From contig NIVC01001121.1 of NCBI GenBank assembly GCA_002269645.1, positions 186,001-250,000 of the forward strand: a stretch of DNA of 64,000 nt, given 5' to 3'. This DNA is from Macrostomum lignano (Eukaryota). This document shows, piece after piece, positions 1 through 12,296 of the stretch. The translations under genes and the position numbers were made by a program. The notes beneath the pieces were generated by a model. It did not search any database and was not told the origin of the DNA. It saw only the letters and a program-made list of their open reading frames with translations. The stretch's first letter is position 1. Every line of letters starts with the position of its first letter.

Positions 1-120
1 ATTCCCTTTCCAACCAGTTTTTTTATTAGGAAAAGTTTCTGGTGCCCTTGCCTCAGCATATTGCCTGCTATTGTGGGTTAGATGTCTCAGATGGTTCGAT
101 GGCTCATACCCGTATTCCAG

Positions 121-1155
121 CTACTACAAGGCCAACACCGTCAAGGGCTGCATGGATCCCAATTCGCAAAACTTTGACCCCATCGCCAACGTCGGCGGCC
201 AGTGCGAGGCTCCCGCCTCCAACTTCAGCTTCGCTGGCGTCTATCAGCAGTGCCGGGAGTCGAACCCCGGGGCGGGCATGAAGCTGTGCTCCGGGGACGG
301 CAACGGCATTCTGCCAAACCCCATCACAGGAAAATTGACTTGCCCAGCTGGATACGAGCCGGTAGGTTGTTGAATTTTTCCCCTGCCTTATCGACTGAAA
401 ATAGAAAAAAATACTTTGGGTAACAGCTGTCTAAAAATCTTGCTGTTCTAGATCCAGCTGCTGTCCACCATTGGCCGTACGGGAAAACGCTGCTGGGAGA
501 AGACGCGTCGGTGCTGGTTGGTCTTCACCTGCAATGACGGGGTCGAATGCGCCGACTCGCATACTGTCGTGACTGCCTACTGGTGTGCGGCTCGTCGAGG
601 TGCGAAGCTCAACCAAAACTCCGGCATGGTGTACGCAGGCGCCTACGCTGCTGACGGACGATTCGTGAACGAAATCACGCAGGGTAAATCCTGTCCGGAG
701 TACTTTCGGCCCTACAAGATAGGACGCGACATCTACCTCTGCCTGAGCCTAGATCTGGATGCGGCTTCCCGCTACCGCATCCCTTTCGCCGGATTCTTCG
801 CCTGCAACTCAGGCAACCCGCTGTCGGAGATGAACAGACGCCTCGTGGCTTACTCCAGCTCTGGCAACGGCGCCAAGTCAACCTCGCCGAAACGCTGTCC
901 GGACAGCTTCAGCCAGGTGACTCTGGACACGATCGATGGCTGCGCAATCATGCAGTGCGTGAAGGGCCGCTCTGGGCTCAGCCGTCTGCACATCAGGCGT
1001 CCGCCTTTTGAGGAGCCGGACTATGAGCTCATCGAGCACCCCGTGACCCGCATTGAAAGCCACGGCTGGCGCTGGGCCTACAATGCTACAAAGAACATTT
1101 GGCGTTTTCTTGGCTTCTACGGCAGCAGCTCTGAGGAAGTCGGCTCTAGCAGTGT

Positions 1156-1198
<43 letters not shown>

Positions 1199-1585
1199 CA
1201 AGCGACGCCCAACAGCCGCGACTCGGGTTCCGACACGTCAACGGCCATCCTGGCCATCGTGAGCTGCCTGGCAGCCATCGCTGCGATTGGCCTCATCGTA
1301 CTGCTGGTTCGCAAGCGCGCCTCGCCCGGCCCCAGAATTCGTCGGGTTCTCCGCGACCTGCGCAGCCGCCGTCGTCAAGGCCGACAGCAGTCGTCGGCGC
1401 CCTACCGAGAAGTGCCTCCGCCGGACGAAAGCACGCAGCCACTGACTGAGGACGGCCAGGTGAACAATTCGTACGGTTCGCTGGAGGCCGACGAGGTCAG
1501 CTGCGACGACGAAGACGACGAGGTTGTCATGGACGACGAGCTGGCCTCAAGTGTGCTCCGCAGGAGCAACGGCGCCTCCGTTTGA
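121..1585 (+). CDS. MPEG1: Perforin-2/MPEG1-like protein, paralog A, 3' part (exons 121-361 and 452-1585; MACPF exons lie upstream of the window)
   Basis: YYKANTVKGCMDPNSQNFDPIAN...FSFAGVYQQC...NPITGKLTCPAGYEP and the Cys-rich P2/MABP region (YWC, CP..F, GFFAC..GNPL, CP.SFSQ..L...DGC.I..C, RRPPF) match MPEG1. These are followed by a Ser linker, a TM helix (AILAIVSCLAAIAAIGLIVLLV) and an acidic tail. Acceptor ttccag at 120; intron 362-451 (GT..AG, phase 0) keeps the frame. Confidence 0.9.
1158..1196 (+). repeat. (AGC)n microsatellite encoding the poly-Ser linker of MPEG1 paralog A
   Basis: About 13 AGC units in frame between the P2 region and the TM helix. Confidence 0.9.
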
Positions 1586-2305
1586 GCTGTGAAATGAGCC
1601 GCGGTGTCAAGAAGCACAGGTAGTAAAATGACGTAACACTTGCTGTGACGCAACATTTGCTGTAACAGCCCCATTTCGTCTCAAATTTTACCAAGATAAG
1701 ATTAAAATTAAGTGTAGACGTGTGATGACAAAAAACAGACTTTGTTTTCTTTCATTATTCATTTGCAATTTTAAACTTTTATTTGAAGTGGTCACTTACT
1801 CTTACTCGGAATCTATTTTTTAAATCGAGACTATTTTTTAAACAAAAAGCGCTGTTTGGTTTTTTTAATTTTTTTGTTTAACTATTTTGCAAGATTAGTT
1901 CATCAAATAGTTAACTAGTACTCAAGTTTAAGATCATGAAACATCCAGCTGTACAATACACTGGTTTTGTTATAAATCTATACAAGTATGTAAATTTGAC
2001 CAAGCCTCCTCCTTTAATGTTAAACTTTCAATATTTATATTATGGTTGTATATATTAACTGCAGTATAAACACTTACCCTGTGACGCTTTGCTCTATCAT
2101 TCTTCTGCGGAGATAAAACTCAAAACATCTATTTTTTACTATGTATCTTTCCTTCAGTAAACGTTTTTATAGTTTTTAAGAGCGTCATTTTATTTTTAGT
2201 TCGCAATCAAGTAAAAAAAGAAAAAAAATGTTTTATTTGAGAAATTTTTTTCACGCATAATTATCACCTGCCGAATTTCGACTTTTACTTTTTAATGTGC
2301 CGGAT

Positions 2306-2752
2306 CCCCTCTGTCTCTTGGTGGGCGCCTCTGTCTCTTGGTGGGCGCCCCTGTCTCTTGGTGGGCGCCCCTGTCTCTTGGTGGGCGCCCCTGTCTCTTG
2401 GTGGGCGCCTCTGTCTCTTGGTGGGTGCCCCTGTCTCTTGGTGGGCGCCCCTGTCTCTTGGTGGGCGCCCCTGTCTTCTTGGTGGGCGCCCCTGTCTCTT
2501 GGTGGGCGCCCCTGTCTCTTGGTGGGCGCCCCTGTCTCTTGGTGGGCGCCCCTGTCTCTTGATGGGCGCCCCTGTCTTCTTGTTGGGCGCCCCTGTCTTC
2601 TTGGGTGGGCGCTACTGTCTCTTGGTGGGCTTCTTCTTGGTGGACGCCCCTGTCTCTTGGTGGGCGCCCCTGGCTCTTGGGTGGGCGCCCCTGTCTCTTG
2701 GGTGGGCGCCCCTGTCTCTTGGTGTGGGCGCCCCTGTCTCTTGGTGGGTGCC
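2306..2752. repeat. 20-bp GC-rich minisatellite (gcccctgtctcttggtgggc)n
   Basis: About 22 tandem units; explains the repetitive ORFs at 2292-2890. Confidence 0.95.
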
Positions 2753-3490
2753 CATGTATTTTATGTTGGTAGTTCAAAATATTTAGGTGGCCACACATGC
2801 GGACTCAGACGCTCAAAAGAAAGTGTAAGTAGGCTCGATACATTTTTGCAAGAAATATTGTCAACTTTTAACATCTGTAGCAGCGCCTGACAAGTATGTC
2901 TATGGCAAAGGAATCTAGCCAAATCCTGTGCTGGATTTAGAGTTCCAATTGATTTCAATTGCGATCAATATTAATAATTAATCTCGTTTTTTCTAAACTT
3001 ATTGATTCGATTAACTCAGGCTAGCTACACAGCAGCATACAATATGAGAAGCAAGACTCCAGAAGCAGAGAGCGAAAATCAATTCAATAAGCGAGGCGGT
3101 TCAGTCAGCCGTCATCACAGTTTCACGGTTGGCGGTCTGTTTAATTCGATGCAGCACACCTGGAAGATTCGAGACCCACCACCACTCAGCAAGCAGCTGT
3201 CAGATGAGCTTCTTAATTCGGTCTGTTCGCATTTTGTCTGGCTGCCAAAGCGGCAGTGCAGCAGCTTTTGCAAGTGCTCGGACGTCAAACAATTACCAGT
3301 CGATCTGTCTGCCCTGATTCGCTGTAGCAACTATTTTTCATTGCTGATGCAATACGTCAACGGTCGGTGAGCATAAGTAGCACCATAAACTCTGTATAGT
3401 AAAGTAAGACGTTATACGTTATATCGAAGTTTCTGTCCCTCCCCGCGCCTTGTTTTTTCCTAGCCAATCATTCCCTAAGCCTAGAGAGAA

Positions 3491-3531
3491 ATAGTATAGT
3501 GGACTAGCGATCTGCGCCCCCCGTCGGGGAA
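3491..3531 (+). pseudogene. Internally deleted tRNA-Asp-like remnant
   Basis: ATAGTATAGTGG (D-arm/A box) and CCCCGTCGGGGA (3' T-stem/acceptor) resemble eukaryotic tRNA-Asp(GTC) in the right order, but the anticodon arm and T loop are missing. Confidence 0.45.
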
Positions 3532-4288
3532 GCAACAAAGAAAGGAACTTTTTAATGCTATACATTTAACTTTTGACCTTGTACAGTCGCTATTGTTAGT
3601 TTCGTAAGTAAAATAATGTTTAAATCACTAAGGCATCAGCCCTGAAACAGAGCTGTCTAGCCTACGATATGAACTTGTGAGCTTTGACATCACAGCCTCT
3701 CTTCAAGCCATGGCTTAATCCTTACTCTCCCTTGACATCTCAGCAACTCCCCATATGAGCCTTGACATCTCAGCAACTCCACCATTAGTCTTGACATCTC
3801 ATCTATTCCCGGTGGGTTGTTCGCAGTTGATTGTCTTTTGTGTCTTTGAGTGATACCATAGCTTTGTCGATTGCATCAGCTATTTTCCTGACATTCGTTC
3901 CTATGCACCAGTAGATTTTGTCCTGCTGATCAATGCGACTCGTCTCAGTTGTTTGGCGACAGCTTCTGTCTTATAAAAAATGCATCGAGCAATTTCTTAG
4001 CCACGACACATGTGTACCATCGCCGGAAAAGTTCTGACGGAACAGTGCAAGTTTCATGAAAAGCGATTGAGCCGTTTTTTCTGAAATCAATCACTTACCG
4101 AGATTGGAGATATCAAAAACTTATTTTGTAATTTAGCATTGTGGATTGAACAACTGTGTACATTCCAAAAGTAACTCTGTTAAAAAGAAAAACATGTCCA
4201 CAGCTAATTAAAATCTGTCTTCTAGTGAAGAGTGTACCTGTGCAGATGACGCTGTCTGATATAATCATTTTTAACCCTCCCCCCGCAG

Positions 4289-7200
4289 GGTGCTCCAACT
4301 GCCGAGCAACCAGCTCCCTTTCTTAGAAACAGGTTTCCAAGCTTTTCTCAGCTTCGCAAACGACTCGCCATTCAAAGTCACAGACGGGAACGCCATGGAC
4401 TTGTACATGACTGCCGACTTTTTCCTCTGTCGAGAACTTGGCGCAAAAGTTCTGCAATTTCTTGCCGAGCGCTTCAAACGAGACGTGCATTTTGCTTTGC
4501 ACCTGCTGATGGAGATTGACGAATTCTGGCTGCCTGAGCTGGAAAGAGTTGCCATGGGGGCGGTCTTGAGCAATTTTACTAAAATTTTTGAAGCAACGAA
4601 TTCTCCAGAACAGTGGTTGAAGCTCAGCGCTGATCTGGTGAGAGATGCTATTTATAACACAAGGACTACTTAAGAACTGTGTACAGAAGTTGTTAAGTAG
4701 TCCTTGTTATAACATATGCTCATTTGCTCACTCATTTCATCACCCTGGTGCTAAAGCCACTGGTGCTGAAGCCCCTTGTGCTAAAGCTCCTGGTGCTAAA
4801 GCCCCTGGTGATAAAGCCCCTGGTGCTAAAGCCCCTGGTGCTAAAGCCCATGGTGCTAAAGCCCCTGGTGCTAAAGCCCATGGTGCTAAAGCCCCTGGTG
4901 CTAAAAGCCCCTGGTGCTAAACCCCTGGTGCTAAAGCCCCTTGTGATATAGATTTTTCGGTAAGTCATTTATTCGAGCATTTCCCATTCTCATCCGCAGG
5001 TGCATCGCATACTGAGTCACAACGCTTTGAACTGTCAATCAGAGGAGCAGGTGCTGGCTGCTGCTGCTGGCTGGCTACGCGCCAACCCCGGCCACCAGCG
5101 AGCGGCCGCGCGGCTCTCCGAGTGCGTCCGGTTCGGCCTGCTCGAGCCCGGCCAGAGAGCTCGGCTCAGCATGAGCTATCCGGATCTGATGCGCTGGTCT
5201 CCGCCTCCCTGGTCTGTCGCCATGTTGAATAACTCTGCAACGGGAAAGAGCCGAACTCGGCACTCTGGTGGGGGCGCGGCGAATTCTGTCAACTCGAGGC
5301 CAAGGGAGCCGCACGAGGTGAGACTAGCGCTAGCTGGCTCCCCATTGGGCCATACGCTTTAGAGAAAGCTTTGACAACAATTGCATTGGCCCTGCTTCTT
5401 GACTTTTGACACCCAAAATTTACCCTTGAGCTTTCGACTCGTGGAAGTCGACTCACTTTGAACGTGTCATCACAGCAACCTTTCTGAGCAAACTCAGAAA
5501 TGCACACAGTTAGTGAAGGGGATCGAGGCAAAGACAAAGACAAAGACAAACCGAGTGTGGCGATGGCGAGGCAGCGAAAAGCAGCGAAAATCATGCCACT
5601 CACCGGGAGTCTGATCACGTTCTCTCGCAGCCGCCGTGCCACTGTGACGCGCTTCAGCGAGCTCTGCCTCGAGCTGAGCCTCTCTTTTCTTCAGGTCCAG
5701 CAGCCGAATGCGCAGTTCAGTCTCTCGCAGCTGATCCTCGAAACCGCCTCCCGTCGCCGCCCGACCCTCGGCTGAGGCGCCCACCGCCGGTAGCATCTCG
5801 TCCTCAGGTGGAGCCAGACTTAGCTCGGGTGCGCCCGCATTCGTCGGTGATGTCTTGTCATCTTGAGCACGACGAGATGAGCCTCTGTCCTGCTCCAACG
5901 CCTGCCTCTCAAGCTCCTTGGCAATGCTGAGTTTTAGACGACTTGTTAGCTCTTGCTTATTGCCATTAGTAGGCAGGCCGCGCTCACTAAGGGCTTCTCG
6001 TAGCGCTTTGTTAGTTGCGGGCAGTACAAGGCTATCTGCCATGATTCAGCAAAAAAATTCAAAAATTCAACCGCGAGCAACCCCGTGCAGCCACAAAGGT
6101 GGCGGCCTAAATAGGCACGCGCACGCACAAACGCACCCACCACCCCACCAGACAGCCAGCACCCAAACAGCCCCCCCCCCTTGCACTAACAGCGGTTAGC
6201 CCTCGCGGGCTCGCGCAAACCGATGCAAAAAATACTAAAGAGCGCTAAACACGCTAGTTTTTGAGTTGCTGGAGCTGCAGGATAAAGCAATCTGACGCAC
6301 GATGAGTCGCCGAGTGGCCCTCGTCCGTCCAAGCGACCTGTTGCGCAGTCGGCGACTCCAGCTGGCAGGCCGCATCATCGGCGCCGAGTCGCCTGTCCTG
6401 CCCACAGCCTTCCTTCTCCACTTCCTCAACTAACGGCTAACATTTCTAGAATATTTACGCACCACTATGCAGATTGTGCTCGTGTTCGGCGGCTGGGGTC
6501 AGAGACCTGCGCCCATCGCAGTCGCAGGCAGAGTGGCAGCAGCAGCTACCAACCAATCGGCGCACGACGCCGATAATGCAGCAAACCAGCAGCAACAGCA
6601 GGTGCCGCAGGTTCAGACCGCTACCGGCACAACGGGTCCTCAAGCGGCATGTCAAGTGTACAACCCGCGAGCCGACTGCTGGCTTCTTCGCTGTCCGAAC
6701 AGTGGAAGCAGAAGTAGGACTGGCCACGGTCTTCCATCGAATCACATTGGTCAGCTGGGCGCTCGCGTCTACTCCGGCTGCCTGCTGGTTGACGGAGTCA
6801 TCTACGTCATCGGCGGTTACGACGGTCAGCAGGCGTTGCGGGCTGTGTGGCGCTACAGCCTGCGCCAGCCCGAGCTTGGCTGGCACATCGGCTCCTGTCT
6901 GACGCATAAACGGTACTACGTCAGCTGCGCGGCCACCGAGACGGGCGCGATGTACGCCATCGGCGGCCACTCCGGCGAAGTGGTGGCGCAAGATCAGCGC
7001 GGACTGACTGCCCGGCTTAGCTCCGTTGAACGGCTTCAAGCTGGGGAGAGCGTCTGGATTGAGGTTTGCAGCTGCTAACTGTTGTCTGTAACTTGCTGAA
7101 TGATTGCTGATTGAGTTATTGCGTTTTTCGATACTGCATCCGGAAGGCGTATCTATGTACAAATAGGTGTGCACCAGAGTTTTGCAGGCGTGTTCATGCC

Positions 7201-8064
7201 GAAATTTGCAGCTGGGTTCACGCAGAGCTCTAACCGTGATGTTGATGCTTTTGCTGTCGAATGTTAGGTGAATACAAAAGTCTGAATTTTCTTTACCTCG
7301 ACCCAGGTCGCCAGCCTGCACGTGGTGCGCAGCGACGCCGGCGCCGCAGCCATTGGCGAGAGAGTCTTCGTAGCCGGAGGTTTCGACGGGCAGCGCTACC
7401 ACGACACGGCCGAATTGTACGACCCGGATGTTGACCAGTGGACTCTCATTGGTCGTATGTGCCATCCGCGAAGTGGCGTCGCTCTGGTTGCTATTGGCGA
7501 CGCAGTCTATGCAGTTGGGGGCAACGATGGGGAGAAGAGGCTGCGCTCGATCGAGAAGTACCGACTCGGTGGACTGGACAACGAATGGGTAGAGGTAGGA
7601 CAGGTGAGAGAACAGACTTCTACGCTCGTATGTGATGTAGGTTCAGAATGAGAATGAGAATTGATACCTGTACACAGATGCAGAATGTGAACATGGGCAC
7701 AAACTGTTCACAGATACAGGAAGTGTAAACAGGTACAACACACGCGCGAAGACCACGGCACATTTACGATGCGCATAAATATTTTTTTAGATACAAATGC
7801 AACCCAGTCAGCTGTACCCAATTGCAGATGCTGCAGGCCAAGAGCAACCTGTCGGCCGTGGCCCTGGACGGTGGCACCCGAATTCTGTCCATCGGTGGCT
7901 GGTCGGACGACGGTCAGCCAGGAGTTTTGGCCACCTCCGAGACCTTCTGCTTGTGCAGCGGAGCGTCGAAGCGGACAGCGAATTGCGGCTTCGCAGCGTC
8001 AGCCACGGCTGCCTGCGTGCTCCGGGATCATCAAACTGCTCAGTGGCTTCTGCAGCAGCTATAG
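4289..8064 (+). CDS. BTB-BACK-Kelch (KLHL-type) protein; exons 4289-4637, 5000-5317, 6473-7063, 7307-7603, 7828-8064; first exon not located
   Basis: BTB C-terminal part (LYMTADFFLC..L), BACK (ILSHNALNCQSEEQV..A...W...VRFGLL) and Kelch blades (IVLVFGGW, VIYVIGGYDG, MYAIGGH, VFVAGGFDG, VYAVGGNDG, ILSIGGW). All four inferred GT..AG introns are phase 0 and keep the frame. Confidence 0.88.
4744..4942. repeat. 15-bp minisatellite (gcccctggtgctaaa)n in a Kelch intron
   Basis: About 13 tandem units. Confidence 0.95.
5494..6042 (-). CDS. SAP-domain/coiled-coil ORF nested antisense in a Kelch intron (TE-derived gag-like fragment or exon of a nested gene)
   Basis: NKALREALSERGLPTNGNKQELTSRL fits the SAP consensus and is followed by a coiled coil (EDQLRETELRIRLLDLKKREAQLEAEL). 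ATG at 6042; candidate donor G|GTGAGT at 5603. Confidence 0.55.
   Translation of the reverse strand: MADSLVLPATNKALREALSERGLPTNGNKQELTSRLKLSIAKELERQALEQDRGSSRRAQDDKTSPTNAGAPELSLAPPEDEMLPAVGASAEGRAATGGGFEDQLRETELRIRLLDLKKREAQLEAELAEARHSGTAAARERDQTPGEWHDFRCFSLPRHRHTRFVFVFVFASIPFTNCVHF
6312..6392 (+). mobile_element. Short LINE (RTE/CR1-like) fragment
   Basis: Homologous to the reverse complement of ~8975-9050 (gtccgtccaagcgacctg..gcgc.gtcggcga..ccagctggcaggcc.catcatc). Confidence 0.7.
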
Positions 8065-8478
8065 AGACAGCAACAGGAACCATTGCTCAACTTAACAGTT
8101 TATTGATCTAAGTAATCAAAATTTTAGTGGGTTTTTATTAGTAGTCTAATGTGACGAAAGAAGTTTGCGTTTTGCAATTAAAAATTCATGACTAGAGCAT
8201 TGATTAGGAGGTATATTAATGCCCTTATTTTGAATGCATAAGAGCATATTTCACACAGGTATTCAATATCCCGAAGGAAGATAATAAATTTAATTTCAGA
8301 ATGAAATATATATATATACATTTAAAATAAATTTCTTCTTGATATGCTCTGCGAAGTATGATGATCAAATTCAAAGCTGATGGATTTTTGCCTCGGTATT
8401 TTGTTAACACCCGAAAGGTTTTGACGTTTTGAGATCAAGTTATTCAGCTTCCGCAGTTATTTTGTACTGCATCGTCGC

Positions 8479-8663
8479 CCAAGCCACTGCGGCATCACCG
8501 GTAATGAGGTGGCGGATGCCGCGGTCAAGGAGTGCGTTGAGGAAGTCGGAGTACTGGCCAGCCTGGTCGTCAAGGCAGCCCGGAGACGCAGCAAGCACAG
8601 GTCCGAGTGGAGACACAAGAGAATGAAGAGTGTGTACGAAGGCTCGCAGCAGGTGAAGCCTTA
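8479..8663 (+). mobile_element. Non-LTR retrotransposon RNase H C-terminal fragment
   Basis: Translates as PSHCGITGNEVADAAVKE, matching the W.PSH.GI.GNE.AD..AK RNase H motif. Confidence 0.7.
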
Positions 8664-8747
8664 GCGAACACCCCAGTGAAGCGAAGCTCTATGGGAGTGG
8701 CTTAAGAAGCATCCGCCGTGAAACAAGTAAGGGATCGTTGGCAGTAT

Positions 8748-8748
8748 C

Positions 8749-8783
<35 letters not shown>

Positions 8784-9220
8784 AAGAATACGCAGTTAGC
8801 GTCACAGGGCGCGCTTCAAGGCCAGGTCGCGAATGAACGCCACGCCGCCGGCCGAATCCGGGACGCCGGCGTCAGCCAGCAGGCAGTCGACGAAACGCCG
8901 AGTGCGCGCCTGCCCCTGCCAGTAGGGTGCCTGCAGCGTTAGCAGCAGCACCTCCTGCACCGGCTCTGGGCAGTACGACTCAGCGCGGATGATGTGGCCT
9001 GCCAGCTGGGGTCGCCGACGGCGCAGCAGGTCGCTTGGACGGACCAGGCCGGCGCGGAGATACTAAAGCCGCGTTGGTCACTCGCTCGTAGCCGATCTTG
9101 AAGGCGGCGCGCAGCAGGCCAGCGTGCACCGCGTCAACTTGCTGCTCGAGCGACTCCGTCAGCGTCCAGGTCTCGGCGTTGTACAGCAGGACGGTATCGA
9201 TCACCGCCTGGAACAACGCC
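8748..9220 (-). mobile_element. 5'-truncated LINE (RTE/CR1/L2-like RT C-terminus) with (TTG)n tail
   Basis: FQAVIDTVLLYNAETWTL...RRRRxQLAGHIIR (with a frameshift), a stop codon, then a (TTG)n tail seen as (CAA)n at 8748-8783. Confidence 0.85.
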
Positions 9221-10557
9221 GCCCGAATGCTAAAAAATTGACCAACACTGTCAGTCTTAAAGACAATTCAACTTGAAGATACCAAAATAATTGACAGATT
9301 TTATATTTATCTCAAAGTTTCAGTCTCAAACTTAATATTTTTACCATATACCGGTACACGTTGAGTAGTTAGAGGAGCACTATTATGGTTGCATGGATGC
9401 ATAAGGCACGTACATCTAGGCTTTACAATAAGTAAAACACGGAACCAGTACTCAAACTTCGGTATCACCTGGGACGTAAGAGCCAAAAGAGACCTTGGGA
9501 TTCAATAAAAAGAAGTGACAATCATTTTAGTCCACAAACTTGGACTCATCAAAGAAGCATGCGTTTCGTTGAAATTATGTGGAAATGGCACTCTTATGAG
9601 CAGGTTCGAACTGTTAGGATACATTTTCATAACATTGTTTTCCATGGGTCTAAAATAAAACTTGCGCGTATTAATAAATATTTGACATACAGAGGGTTGC
9701 TACAATCCACATCGGTAGCCAGAATTGCCGTAAAAATTTTCTAAACGTACGTGCATTTTGATTTCAGTTTCAGTGTTGTTACAATTCTGAAACTTTAAAT
9801 ATAATATCCGTAAGAACCCTAAAATTTTATTTTATCTTTCAGATTCATATTTCAAGCCAAGCAAAAAGTCCCTGTTTCAAGGAGTGGCCACTCGTAGAAA
9901 GTTAAGCCTCAAACTTTGTTATAATGATTATGTTTTTAGATATTGACATTTGATAGCTGCATAGTTTTTATATATTTGATATACGCAAGTTTAAAATGGT
10001 TACACTTAAGATTGCAAGCAGGAAAAACAGAACCAGTTCTCGCAAATCGGGATTTTTACAATAGCTACACATTTGCAGTAGTTATAGCAATTCTCATGGG
10101 CTTGAAATCATGCTGTACGTATATGTGGATTTAAAAATTGTGTGTCTCTGATGATAGATAATAAGCATTATAGTCGTGATCACCTGGGAAATACGAGTCT
10201 AAAGGGTATTAAGAATTTTCTAAGAACAAACGCTCCGATTCAAAAAAGTAAACAATAAAAATGCTTACACAATGTAGCAAATCAAATTCGAGATTGTGAC
10301 GGTTAAGTTAATATATGCTCGATGTACATTGAAGAAAAGCGCGTTGTACTGTGCAATTATGTCAAATGAACATGTGTATGAATGTGCCTGTGTATGAATG
10401 TGAATTTTACGACATAATGAGTGCTCCAATAGGCTTGTCGTGAATATCAGATTCCTAGAGACGGTCATTTACAAAATTAAGTAAATAAAAAAGCACGTCC
10501 TCGAGTCTCAGCCTCTGCATCAGCGACTGTCTCAGAGCCATCGCGTTGCTCCAGCGA

Positions 10558-12225
10558 TTAAGCGGAGGCTTCTTGCGGTGTGGCAACTGCTGCTTCGTCC
10601 GAAGCCGAGCGGCAGCGAGCGCAGCGCCTGCGGAGCCACACAGACAGCACGACAATTCCGGCGATGCCCAATATGATGCCAACGAGGGCCGCGATACCTG
10701 CCGGAGACGGAGAGGCGGACTCCGAAGTGGACTCCTGAGCAGAGCTGTAGGGCGCCGATTCGGCATCAGAACTGCTGCTGCTGCTGCTGTTGTAGCTGCT
10801 GCTACTGTCGATTGAGCTGGTTTCGTCATCGCTCGAAGCTGAGCCGAAGAAGCCGAGGAAGCGCCACACGTGCTGTGTGATATTAAAGGACCAACGCCAG
10901 CCGTGATGTTTCACGACAGTGACGGGATGCTCGACCAACTCATAGTCGGGCTCCTCGAATGGCGGGCGCCTCACTTGAATCTGGGCGAGCCCGGAGCGAC
11001 CTTTCACGCACTGCATGATTGCGCAGCCGTCGACCGTGTCCAGAGTCACTTGGCTGAATTCTTTCGGGCAGTGCTTCGGCGCATCCAGACCTCCGCTTGT
11101 CTCCGACAGCGGGTTGCCCGAGTCGCAGGAAAAGAACCCGGCGAACGGGATTCTGCCGCGAGAAGCCCTGCTCAGGTCCATACTCAGGCACAGGTAGATG
11201 TCGCGTCCGACCTTGTAGGGCCGGAAGTGCTCCGGACACTCTTTGCTCTGCGTGATGTCGTTGAGGAATCGTCCGTCCGCAGCGTAGGCGCCTGCGTAGA
11301 ACATGCCGGGGTTGGAGATCAGCTTCGAAGTGCGACGAGCAGTGCACCAGTAGGCAGTCAGGACGGTGTACGAGTCGACGCATTGGGTTCGCTCTTCGTG
11401 GTGAACGCACCAGATAAACCAGGAAGTGCAATGCTTCGTCTTCCAGCAGCGCTTGCTGTTGCGGCCAACGGTCGAAAGAAGCTTCACCTGGAAAAGCAAC
11501 ACTTTACGGATCGTTAAGTAGCCTGAAACGGTCCGCTGGTAGGACAGAGTGTTATTGTGAAGCAGAAAGTTGTACCCTACACTTAAATCGAACTACTCGT
11601 AAGTACAAATGTAGCTAGATTTACTCGAGGGGCCGTAGCCCAGTGGTGCCCAGCGCGGCGCTCTGATGTGCCAGCGGCCTGGGCTCGATTCCAAGTGCAG
11701 TCGCATTAACTTAGGGCTAAATTGGAATCTCGGCTTGGGTCTGCTCGAGCAATAAACACCCTTGAGGGCCAACCTCCAAGGCAAAATGAAGTGTACAGGC
11801 CTAACAATAAATAAAGTTTGGGCCGCTGTACACTCCTGTGCTGTGCGTATGACTTCATATGTATGATGCGCTTGTGTGCTTGCTCAGGGGAGTCGGCGGA
11901 ATGGGCAGTAATGCCGCCTCTCTTAAAGTGAGCCAGGGTGCACACAACCCTCTGCCTCTAACTGAAAAAGCTAAATTTACTCACCGGCTCATACCCAACT
12001 GGACACCTGGTCCCGCCCGTGATGGGGTTGAGCAGAACGCCGCTGCCTGCACCGGAGCACAGGTTGAAGCCCGCGCGGGGGTTCGACTCCCAGCACTGCT
12101 GATAGACGCCAGCGAAGCTGAAGTTGGTGCCAGGAGCCTCGCACTGGCCGGCTGTATTGGCGATGGGGTCAAAGTTTCTCGAATTCGGGTCCAGACAGCC
12201 CTTGACGGTGTTGGCCTTGTAGTAG
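10558..12225 (-). pseudogene. MPEG1: Inverted partial MPEG1 copy (last two exons only, no MACPF)
   Basis: Reverse complement of 12930-14597; the breakpoint lies in the intron upstream of the YYKANT exon. Confidence 0.85.
11627..11968 (+). mobile_element. tRNA-derived SINE (mirror copy in the left arm)
   Basis: GGGGCCGTAGCCCAGTGG (A box) ... GGCTCGATTCC (B box-like), about 330 bp. Confidence 0.85.
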
Positions 12226-12296
12226 CTGAAATCAGTCATGGCAAACCTTCTTTTGAGCAGCATTCTTTTGAGCATGCTTGAAAAGCTTCTCATTCG

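Noticed and set aside
2292-2890. Long overlapping ORFs on both strands
   Set aside because: Translations of a stop-free 20-bp minisatellite.
3002-3370. 122-aa ORF and a weakly hAT-like antisense peptide
   Set aside because: No convincing motif, start context or splice support.
3680-3805. Four TTGACATC(T/A)CA direct repeats with variable spacers (CRISPR-like look)
   Set aside because: Repeats are short and irregular, the context is eukaryotic and there are no cas genes; a decayed tandem repeat is more likely.
8718-8942. Poly-Q ORF
   Set aside because: The (CAA)n run is the antisense of the LINE (TTG)n tail.
12278-12296. Apparent start MKSFSF for the MACPF ORF
   Set aside because: The TTG start lies in the inverted arm (antisense intron sequence), so it is a junction by-product.
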